The position numbers and the translations under genes are program-made. This document shows positions 53,736-64,000 of a DNA stretch of 64,000 nucleotides, piece by piece (within the stretch, counting starts at the first letter, position 1; each line of letters starts with the position of its first letter). The notes below the pieces were generated by a model. It was given only the letters and a program-made list of their open reading frames with translations. It was not told the origin of the DNA and did not search any database. Source of the DNA: Felis catus (Eukaryota); contig NC_058368.1 in NCBI RefSeq assembly GCF_018350175.1, forward strand, positions 146,756,001 to 146,820,000, read 5' to 3'.

Positions 53736-56700
53736 AAAACCAGTTTTCCATGATGGTTAGGAAGTAATAACCGCAACGACAACAACTATTATCTAGCAGG
53801 AGCTTATTGTGTGCCAGGTTCAGTGCTAAGCACTTTTCCATGTATTACCTAATTTAAATTCTCACAAAACTTTTTGGAATCAGTGATCATGCCCAGTTTC
53901 CTAGATGTGATAACTGAGACTTGAAGAGATCAATTGTCCAAGTGCTAAAGCCAGTAAGTGGCATAATGGGTAAAACTCTTGAACTTGCCATCAGAAGACC
54001 TTCTCTTGAACACCAGAGGCAGGAAGTGCTGGCTCTCTGACCTGGATAAGGTCAAACAGTTACATGTTCAGGATAACTGTACCTGCTTTGCTTTTCACAT
54101 TGGTCAATGGGAAAAGGACCACAACATTTCTCTTCTGTCTTAAGACTTGTACTTTAAAAAGCATATTCATCATCTCTGAACTTCTACTAGTCATTGAAAG
54201 TCTACACAAAGAGTTTTGGGGCCTGATCCAAATATTTAAAAAATTGTGCTTCTGTGTATTTTGGATTTCCATACAAAATCCTTCCCAAAGATCTCAAGTT
54301 TCAAAGGATTTGGAAGTTGTTTGACTAGGCACATTATGAAATGAGGAATATAATCCATTAGTTGAGAGGGTTATGGAGAAGGCATTAACAAGAACTGTCT
54401 CTTCCTGTACAAGTATTTGAGGAAATGGCCCTCTCCTATATTGAGAGCAGTGTATGACAGCCAATGTAATACCTTGACTGCTCATTTTTAGCACACTTTA
54501 TGGACAAGTGACATTTGCTTTCTTGTGTAACCAAATTGATTCAAGAAAAAAAAAGAATAAATTAGTATGCGTGCAATTTTATTTAAAGCTGTGTTTCCCC
54601 CCATGGGAATCTGGGAGACTTTTCATCACCAGAAAATTCTTTTTACTAGAAACACTTTGCACAGGGACCTACCCTTGCTGTTTTTTTTTTTTTCCTGGTA
54701 ATCTGACTTTTTTTAAAAAACCCAGATTAAGTTTTTTTGTGCCTATATCTCCATAGAACCTTCTAAAACAAAATTGGCAGGAAGCCTTCAGAAAATTAAT
54801 TAGGTAACTCTTATGCATGAGATTCAAGGATGTATTAAAGTGTTGAACATCTTTACCATTGCAGCCAAGGAGAATTTGAGGGTGATGAGCATTATTCCTC
54901 TGGGTGTTACTTAGGCCTGGAGAACTTAGAATACAAAAATCGATATTTAATGAAAAATGGGATATAGAAGAAGTATTTTTGCAGTAACATGAATCTTGAG
55001 CAATTTTCTATCCCTGAGAGAAGCATATACTGCTCTTCAGTCCAGTTCAGGAATCTGAGATTTAGATTCCTAATTTAATCATCTGACTGCAAAATTCATA
55101 GAAAATTCACAAGGATTTCAGCTCCCTTGAATCCTTTCTGGGCCAAGTTTGATTAATAACAGTTCCAAATGTGAGAAAATAATGTAGTATTTCAGCAAAT
55201 AATGAAGGTTGCCTACTTCAGTGACTATCTATTTTGCTGTCTGCTTTACTTTTGTATTGTAAAAGACAACGGAAATTGTGGCAGACCACTGGAGGTGTTT
55301 CTTTGAAGGATTGAAAAATATGAAAGTTCCATCTGAGTACAATCATAAAGGAAAAAGAAAACTTTCTATTAAACAAAAGTAACGATGATGAATATTTAGA
55401 GCAATTTTAAAATAAATTCTGACTTATGGACCTAGCATCAGAATAGTGTCCCAAATCACCTTTCAGTAACCACTTCCACAAGCAAAGTATAGGCCTATGA
55501 GTGTTATTACTTGAAAGCTGTGAGTAACTTTCTAAGAATAGGAATTTACAATTAAAATGAGGTGGACTACCAGGTCACTTAAAAAAGTTGGGTAGTGTAT
55601 GCAAATGATCTGGATAATTCTGATCCCTGTGTAAGAAATTCCTTTGCGCTAAATTTCAGCAGAATATAAGGGTTGGAAAGGCAGGAGCAAACCAAGTTTT
55701 CCTTGCTGAGATAACCTGAGTCTTAGAGACTCCCCAGAGTAATTTTTAACATGTTAACACGTTTTAAAAATAGTATTTGCATACTCTGGGTGCACTTTAG
55801 ACTAAATGGTTTGTACATAGTTCATAATGTCACAGGAATTTAATAATTACTTGAAACCACAGCTAGAATTTATTTTATAGAGCGCTTCAAACTGCTATTG
55901 TTAATGACTAGGTATTCCTATTTTGGCTGCATTTAATTCTGTGATTAGATGTTAAAGGATGTTATCCCTCATTAGAAAATCTCTATGTGTAAATACCGTA
56001 TAGTCTTTGGGAGACAGCCTGGATTCTACTATACACATTCAAGGGAACAGCTGAGTCAGCAGCTTGCATAGTAAAATTTATGATTATATAATTCCTTTTC
56101 ATGGTCCAGCATTGGACAACTTAAAGCTGCGGGAAGCAAAGAGAACTGAAAGAGAGATGTCTAAAATAGCTAGACGTCATCAAATTCAGAATTCGATTTG
56201 TGTAGTCATAATATAGTACAGGAAAATACTTCTAGCCAGACTAGCATTTGACCTTCACCAACCATACTTTCCAACAGTGGATGCGGTTTTTGGAGGCTAT
56301 GCTTTTGACCTTGAATATGTAACTTAATGTTTTATGTCTCTTAGCAAACTTACAATACCTCTGGTCCTCAAACCGAGCTCATCTAAAATTAATATCTTCG
56401 TGTGTTTGAATTGTTAAAGTCTATAATTCTTATTTTAATTATTCAGCCTACAAGGGCAAAGAGAGAAGCTGCAAACTATCTTTTTCTTATTGCATAAGTC
56501 TGTCGGCTTTCTTAGTGCAGGATGTCCCTCGTCTGAAGCTGGGACTGAGGAAACAGCTGCATTCTACTGCAGCCTTAAATCCTGCTACAGCTCTCAAGCT
56601 TAGGATTCAGCTGAGCTGCAAAATATGCAGGAGCAACACATTGGTCTATGGGAACTAAAGCTTTGCCAGAGGAGATTGTCGTAAAGTGAGTTACTCTTTC

Positions 56701-57116
56701 CTGAACCTTAGCTTGTCCCACTTTCATTTTCACATGGTTTTTCTTAATGATTACTCGAACAGAATGACCTTCCATCGTGAGTTTTACTTCCTATTTCTCC
56801 CTCCTTTCGCTTACATTTAAATAAACTTTATGCCCTTCATTCTACTTGGAAGACACCAACCGTAGTAAAAAGCCCTGAACAAATTGCATCAGCCCCTTGC
56901 GGTTGGACATTCCTAAGCCATTCTGCTTTAATTGTCCTCAATTCTTTACTGTAATGCAATAGCATTCAAACACCAGAAAAGCATGTTCACCAATTAACAG
57001 AAAGGAAAAGAAAAAGCCAATGCAGCAGAGCTAAAATTAAGAAACACCAACCAAGCACCCCAACTCCAAGTAACTTGAAATTAATTTGACTTTCATGAGA
57101 ACCTGCGTTTTCTTAC

Positions 57117-57219
57117 CTTGGATGTGAATAACTCTGTCATGATCTAGAGTATAGTTGTCTGAATGATGATCGGCCCAGCAGATTGAAATCAGCACCAGGA
57201 GAAGTAGGCTCTTCATCAT
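57117..57219 (-). CDS. HAPLN1: HAPLN1 first coding exon (signal peptide + Link-N peptide); whole exon 57117-57245 including 26 nt of 5' UTR
   Basis: Translates MMKSLLLLVLISICWADHHSDNYTLDHDRVIHIQ, matching the link protein N-terminus. Acceptor cacag|TGAAG at 57245; donor CAAG|gtaaga at 57117, phase 1. Confidence 0.97.
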
Positions 57220-57771
57220 CTTTATAACCCAAAGAATCTTCTTCACTGTGAGAGCATCACATACAAAGAGGCTTGTGAGATTTGGAACCCTTTGGAGTGT
57301 TGCACTGCACAACTTATTACCGCCTTATCATCATAGAATGGGTCTGTAAAAATATTTAACCCAATCTGTTCAGAAAGTTACTGTAGCTGTCTTTGGGAGC
57401 TGAAGACTGCAGCTTTGAACAATTCCAGTTTCCCTTATGCAGCCAGAGTCCAAATAGTGTTTAACTCTATCTTTGCAGAATTGTAAATCTAGAGATGTAA
57501 ATCAGTATTGTTTTGATATAGAGAGTTACAGTTAGTTACAAAAAGATATGGCAAGGATATAAAAAGACTTTAAAAATTATTTTGATCTCTGAATTTGAAG
57601 TATTACTTAACAAAACCACCATCTGACATAGCTGCCCTGCACGTGAGTATCACCGGGTCTAATTAGAAACTGAATCTTAAACCGGAGCAAATGAAAAATA
57701 TTTGCATGAAACTTGACATTGTCATTCATTTTACATGTGGATTCCTAAGCAAGTTGGATTTGCTTGTTCTA

Positions 57772-57832
57772 AAGAAGAAGAAGAAGAAGAAGAAGAAGAA
57801 GAAGAAGAAGAAGAAGAAACAAACAAACAAAA
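57772..57832. repeat. (AAG)15 followed by (AAAC)n
   Basis: Directly visible. Confidence 0.97.
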
Positions 57833-58839
57833 ATCCCTGATTAAGTAAAAGCAGCACATTTATTACAGATTCACTTACCATCTTAAACACTGCTTGGGTC
57901 GATGGTGAAGAGTTGAAGATTATGGACAAACTAGGTTAGAGTTGTGCATGGTACCACTGCAGTCATCCTGATTGATTTTTCATTCATTCCTCCCTAAAAT
58001 GCTGACGCACCAACTTAGAGTGCCAGGTGGGGTCTCTGCAGTCAGCAGAGGCACGGCTGCAGGGAGCGTCCCTGCCAGCCTCCCAGGGCAATTATGCAAA
58101 TGAAGGGCTGAGCCGACAGCTAAGCACGGCCCTGGTCCTAAGTGAAAGAGGCAGAGCCCTCACTTGGCTGTTCTTTACTGCGAGACCAATTTGATCAAAG
58201 GGGACACAATGCCCCCAAACGTTGTCATTGGAAGGGCCAAAAAGTGACTCCAAGTGATACAAACCTTATGACCTTGGCAATAGCTGCCAGGGAAGAATTT
58301 GAGTGTAGCTCCTCTGTTTCCATGTGAAAGCCGAGGCAGATATTAACAAGGGCTTTCTTTTTTTTCCCATGCACATCGCAGCCTTAACAACACTTGGCTA
58401 TTTTTAAAACTGAAATTGCACAGTACTGGCTTCTCACACTAATTTGTTTCTTCCAGGAAAGCCTGACTCCCTGGAATACTCATTACAGAGCGCTGAGTCT
58501 GTTCCTGGAGGTCCTTGCAGGCCTGCCTTGACTCCAGAGCCTGATGACACACAAGACACAGGCGTCCCCGTCTCTCCTGGGACAGAAATCCCTCTTTGCG
58601 TTCTCCTAACACTGGGCATTGCTGTGGTGCCTGTGGCTTCAGTCTTTCATGTTAACTTGAACCCTTTTCTTTCTCTTCCTTATGACACAGAAAGAAGACA
58701 GTGGATGAGCAAATGAAGAAACTTACTTTTCCAGGACACTGAGGGTGTCGCTTTTAAAATGTTATTTGATTTGCTCATCTTATTTTCTGAAGTTCACTTG
58801 ACTGTGTCTCTGAGGGTTTTTTGGAAATGCTTGTTGTTG

Positions 58840-59055
58840 TTTTTTTAATTTTAAAAATATTAATTTTTGAGAGAGCGAGACACACACAGAGCATGCGTGG
58901 GGCAGGGGTAGAGAAAGAGGGAGACAGAATCCGAAGCAGGCTCCAGGCTCTGAGCTGTCGGCACAGAGCCCAATGTGGGGCACGAACCCATTAACTGTGA
59001 GATCATGACCTGAGCCAAAGTCGGACACTTAACCAACTGAGCCACCCAGATGGCC
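58840..59055 (-). mobile_element. SINEC_Fc
   Basis: Reverse-complement Can-SINE. Confidence 0.92.
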
Positions 59056-59294
59056 CAGAAATGATTACGTTTTTGAAGATACTGACTTTTGTCCATAGGA
59101 ATATTATTAACAAATATTACCTCTTTTCAGCCCACAACTGTACTTTGGGTGAATACACATAATAAAAGTGATCTTTTCGAGTTTGGAATATAATGGGGAC
59201 AATTCCATACTCAAGCATAAGACAGTGGGGAAACCAACACAAGAGGTATCATGGGCTCTCTCCCTGCTACAGGAATCAAAGGAGAGGGAAATGT

Positions 59295-59521
59295 GGGGCC
59301 ACCTGGGTGGCTCAGGTGGTTAAGCATCGACTTTGTTTCAGGTCATGATCTCAAGGTTCGAGAGTTCGAGCCCCGTGTTAGGCTCTGTGCTGACAGCTCA
59401 GAGCCTGGAGCCTGCTCCACATGCTGTGTCTCCCTCTCTCTCTGCCCCTCCCCCCCACTCACACTCTGTCTCTCTCCTTCAAAAATAAACAAACATTTAA
59501 AAAGTTTTTTTTTTTTTTTAA
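59295..59521 (+). mobile_element. SINEC_Fc
   Basis: Head GGGGCCACCTGGGTGGCTCAGGTGGTTAAG, CT tract, tail. Confidence 0.92.
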
Positions 59522-60379
59522 AGTACAGGGAGATGTTGAAGAGGGAGTGGGAGGAAAGCATATATAATTTCATCACTTAAAGAGCAGAAAAATTCTAAGT
59601 GAGGGATCAGATGAGCAGAAGCAGAGAATTTGCTATGTTAACTTCCACATTTGCATGGTCATTTACAGCAGAATTTATGCACACACACACACACATACAC
59701 ATGCACACTGTTACAGTTGTACATCCTAGACCTACAGCCATCCTCATTTTTATTCACTTCTACTTAAAGCATATTCCACACAAATTTGTGCATCTCCTTT
59801 AATTCCATACCAGAGAATTAGAAATTGTATCACTGGAGGTTCTTTCCATTGAATTAACATATTCATTGTCCAACAGCTCAATTTTAAAATGCAAACATCC
59901 CAGGTGGGGTGAGGGGTATAAATAATAATAACAATAATAATAATAATAACAACAGCAGTTCCTTTTAGTTGAATGTCTACTATTTGCCAAGTGCTATGCT
60001 AAGCACGGTACCTACAATGCCTTGAGACCATGAGACCAAAATTTCCATTTTTCCTGACACGGACAGTTACCTTGCTGAAGGTCACACATCTAGTAAGTTG
60101 TATTTGCTTTCAAGGAAAAGCAACCCCTACCCTGAACTACGCTTGTTGCTCTGAAAGTGAAACTTGTTATTTGTTTTATTGCCTTTTTTATTTAGCTTCT
60201 TTAACTTGAACCTACCAAGCTCTGAAAACCTTAATTTGTGTTATATGTGAATATAAACTTTTTTTTTTCACAGCTTATAGATGAGAAGTCAGATGGCAGT
60301 TTTTGTAATATGACTGTGCCCTGCCTCACTTGTGATACCAACCTAGGGCCACAAACACTGCCTTGGTGCTCACGTGTGT

Positions 60380-60384
<5 letters not shown>

Positions 60385-60423
<39 letters not shown>

Positions 60424-60432
60424 ACACACACA
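60385..60432. repeat. (CA)18 plus a short interrupted extension
   Basis: Directly visible. Confidence 0.97.
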
Positions 60433-61183
60433 CCATCTTCATTTTAACAAGGATATGGCACATCTTCAGTGATTTTTGATTCAAATACAGGCGTGGGTCG
60501 GTGCACACTTTCAAGCACCCTCACTGGCGTTAACGCACTCCAGGCAGGATAGCGTGGGACTATGACATGCTAAGCTCCCCTAGAACGAACTTTAGGGCCA
60601 CAGTGTTCAGGTGTCGAAGCCAACTGCACTGCGACGTGAGGTCCTAGGGTGCGGTCCTAGAGCACCAGGGCTGTGCCAGAGGCCTGCGTGCTGGTGCTCA
60701 GTGGAGAAGGATGCCTCGGAGGTAGCAGGCGGTCATGTGAGGGAATGAATTGAATCCTGCTTATTTGCATTTTGTAACAACATTTTCTCTGAATATCCAG
60801 GTGTGTTAGGTAAAAAGTTTCAGTTTTTGATATGAGTAAAATTTAGGAAATCTAGGGGACCTTTATACCACCACCTATTTACCAACCTTGAATTAGCACT
60901 CAGTTCACCTGCAGCTCACACCATTGACGTCTCTTTTTATAGCCGACCAAACCTGGCTGCCTGATGCTGCAGTCAGCTTCAAGATGGGTTCAAACAGAAA
61001 TGCCTGTGTTCTTGGTCAAAGACATAGGATAGGGCTGTAATTTTCCAGTGCTGCTTTGGTGATAATTAAACCGCTATTCGGAAGCAAGATAGTGTGGTCA
61101 ACATAGAAGTCTAGTAGTTTGATACAAGTATAGATATACCAATACCAGTAGTCTAATAGCGAAGTGGCCAATTGCTATTTCTT

Positions 61184-61394
61184 TTTTTTTTTTTTTTTTT
61201 TTTTTTTTTGAGACAGAGAGAGACAGAGCATGAACAGGGGAGGGTCAGAGAGAGAAGGAGACACAGAATTGGAAACAGGCTCCAGGCTCTGAGCTGTCAG
61301 CAGAGAGCCTGACGCGGGGCTCGAACTCACGGACCGCGAGATTGTGACCTGAGCTGAAGTCGGACGCTTAACCGACTGAGCCACCCAGGCACCC
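61184..61394 (-). mobile_element. Young SINEC_Fc with a long pure A tail
   Basis: Perfect 17-bp TSD GCCAATTGCTATTTCTT at 61167-61183 and 61395-61411. Confidence 0.95.
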
Positions 61395-61431
61395 GCCAAT
61401 TGCTATTTCTTAAACACTGCTAAAATTTGTG

Positions 61432-61560
61432 TTACGATGGTAGCTACACTGTGACACAAGGTAACGTATAGGCTTGTCAAATCACTCTTGTACACCTGAA
61501 GCTAATGTAACACTGTGTGTCAACGCTACTTCAGTTTAAGAAAATAACAAAAAATAAAAT
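61432..61560 (+). mobile_element. Carnivore L1 3'-end fragment
   Basis: GATGGTAGCTACAC...TTGTCAAATCACT..TGTACACCTGAAGCTAATGTAACACTGTGTGTCAAC...TTCA followed by an A-rich tail. Confidence 0.8.
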
Positions 61561-61787
61561 TACTGTATGAGGTAGTAGGTTAGTAAAACCCAATGGAAGG
61601 CATGGGTGCTGTTTTCTGTGCCAAGAGGCCTATGCCACACATTTCCTGAACCCATTTAATTATTATTTCTCAAAACAATGCAATTGAAGAATTGTGTTAT
61701 TATACACATTTTACAGTTACAGAACCAGAGTCGGAGTGGTGGAGTCCCAAGCACATAAAACGAGAAACTGGGGATCTGGGCAGTCTG

Positions 61788-61788
<1 letters not shown>

Positions 61789-61824
<36 letters not shown>
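61789..61824. repeat. C36 homopolymer
   Basis: Directly visible. Confidence 0.95.
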
Positions 61825-61825
<1 letters not shown>

Positions 61826-62737
61826 AGCTCTGGCTTGCGCTCTCCAGCGCCACTCACGGCGTCTGTCCTTTGTGCCTTGAGAAAGGCCTTCAACTCTCCC
61901 AGTCCGGTCTCCCAGATCTCTTACAGTTCACACAGGTTGGAATGCTGTCTTTCATCCCTTTCTCACTGGGTTATAGGAGTAGCACTTAATCACAGCCCTG
62001 TTTGCACAAGACATGTTTGAGTGCACAGTATGAATGCTTTTCTCACTGCACACCCAGCACCCAGAACCTCCCTGTGCCAAGAGGAAGAATGAATGGAAAA
62101 TTGAATCTGGGAGAAACAGCTATGAGGACTAAAGCAGCTGAGACTGAGGAGAGTTTAATACTGTGTAAAGAGTTACACTTATTATTATATGGAGAATGGT
62201 AAGAGTTACTTCTTCTCCACTGAGAACTTAATGAAGTAAACCAGGTTTCAGTTTAGTACTTGAAACTTAGTTTAGAAATTACCAGAATCAATACAAAGGT
62301 TGCTACAGATTGACTAAGAATCTCCTTTGACAGAATTACTTCGAAATGGAATCTTTTCCTCTTCGGTATCTTTTAAGTCTGATCTAGTTACAGGCAGAAG
62401 AGGGTTTATGATCAGTGTTTCTTCAAACTTGGTCAGTGGTAAAACTTGGTCAATAAAAAAAAAAAAAAAGAAAGAAAAACGAAAGAGAAGGGACTCCAAA
62501 AGTGTAATTTTTCATTAGGTAACATTAATCCATTAAAAAATTAGTTCTTTTTTGAAGTAACCTTTTTTTTTTCTTTTACCCTTTTGCTATTAGAATGGCC
62601 TTTATTTCTTGGAATTAAGAGTTGTAGACTTCTCAAATTGTATATTTTTTGTGTGTTGAGCATTTTTTTTTAAAAAGAATAACCTTATGTCAGTTTCTCT
62701 GTTGTTTTACTGTTGTTGGTTGGCCTTGTTTTCTGCT

Positions 62738-62956
62738 TTTAAAAAATTTTTTTAATGTTTATTTATTTTTGACAGACAGAGAGACACAGAGTATGAGTGG
62801 GAGAGGGGCAGAGAGAGAGAGAGAGAGGGTGCGAAAAAGGCCCCAGGCTCTGAGCTGTCAGCACAGAGCCTGACACAGGGCTCAAACTCACAAAACCGTG
62901 AGATCATGACCTGAGCTGAAGTCAGATGCCTAACCAACTGAGCCACCCAGGCGCCC
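62738..62956 (-). mobile_element. SINEC_Fc
   Basis: Reverse-complement copy; CCTTGTTTTCTG flanks. Confidence 0.93.
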
Positions 62957-64000
62957 TTGTTTTCTGTTTTGACTCTACACATAGGTGCAATCCAGTAGTC
63001 AGACCTTTGACCCAAATGATGGCTAAGGAATTGACCCTAATGATGCGTTCGAATTGTTCAGTGTGCAGAGGGACACTTGGATTTTTACCTAAGCCCTGAG
63101 ATTTATTGCACACATGGGGGTAGTAGAATGCAGAACTTGTTGGAATATACCCATTGCTCAAGAGAAAAGCCATAATTGAAAAAAAAAAAAAAGAAATCTT
63201 TGTTCAGTGATACAACTCCCCTCAGGGAGTGAGTCTATATAAACTTCAAGTGAACGTGGCATTTTCGCCTGTCATCTTGCATTGTTATATGAAAGCACAA
63301 GCTGTTGGAGAAGCTAAAGAGCATTTATGATGCCCTGAATTAGATGGCCAGCCATGGTCGCTTTCTAGTCTGGTCGTGGTCAGTCTGTTGCTTCCTAGGA
63401 TCCTCATGACTCTTGCGTCTTAATTTGAACATGAATAACTTGCGTCTTAAAATGTACTAGTTACTTCTTTTTCTTCCTCTGTAGTTTGAAATCACCTACT
63501 TTATTTCCAATTTTTCTCTACATTTTCCATCATTGTTTTATCTCTTCTTGTTTCTCCTCTCTACTTCTATTTCTCCACTCATTGAATATAAATCTTACCC
63601 TACCTCTCCACTCTTCTCTTCTTCCTATATTTTATTATATTTATCATATTATTCGATATTTGACACAGTCATCTGATTTATCATACAAAGCAGGGCATAG
63701 AATGTACAGGACAAGTATAATTACATGGAAAACAGTAGCGTGTAAATTGGAGCTCTCCTAGGCAGATGGGGAGATAGGGTAGAAGGGTAAAAAAGGGAAG
63801 GCAGAATTTAGTTTCCTTCCTTGCTCTGCCACTATCTAGTTATGTGACCCTGAGAGAAGTCATGCAGCTGCTTTGAAGGGGTCAAGTTTTTTATCCATCA
63901 ATTGGAACAGCTGATGACAAATGTCACTGCTTTATACACATTTTTATTATTGTTTTTATGTATTTTTTTTTCCTACTGGAGAGATCAGGCCCTCCTCCAA

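Noticed and set aside
57037..57312. 91-aa ORF with upstream start
   Set aside because: It runs through the acceptor at 57245 and the donor at 57117, so both ends are intronic.
57879..57881. ATG at the end of the candidate alternative exon as an in-frame start giving MVKKILWVIK-
   Set aside because: The G of ATG is the last exonic base before GTAAGT, so splicing to TGAAG yields ATG TGA, not ATG GTG.
59850..59870. TGAAT-n6-ATTCA inverted pair resembling a SOX9 dimer site
   Set aside because: Degenerate match in AT-rich DNA; not distinguishable from chance without ChIP or conservation data.
61656..62020. Poly-Pro / poly-Gly ORFs
   Set aside because: Produced by the C36 homopolymer.

Overview
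Mammalian genomic DNA from a felid (probably domestic cat or a close relative), judged from about 27 Can-SINE/SINEC_Fc copies and a feline-type L1. The only host protein-coding gene is HAPLN1 (cartilage link protein) on the minus strand. All four coding exons are present with canonical GT-AG junctions: 57117-57219, 36411-36782, 28172-28474 and 25667-25956, giving 355 aa from the first of two tandem ATGs. A SINE-free, AU-rich 3' UTR extends to about 22.3 kb. The usual non-coding first exon was not identified and probably lies beyond the right edge. The left 22 kb is intergenic. It holds the 3' end of a young L1 (one premature stop) next to an old ERVL-type LTR, two homologous ERVL gag remnants separated by an LTR, hAT DNA-transposon relics, MIR/L2 fragments and microsatellites. 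No new biological system can be demonstrated from the sequence alone. The best leads are: a candidate alternative first exon about 630 nt upstream of the first coding exon, whose ATG would splice in frame and add 10 N-terminal residues; a NAGNAG acceptor next to the Link-N/MMP cleavage site; inverted SINE pairs around the link-module exon; and the doubled ERVL gag. Repeat family names and human comparisons are from recognition or memory, not database searches, and repeat boundaries are approximate.
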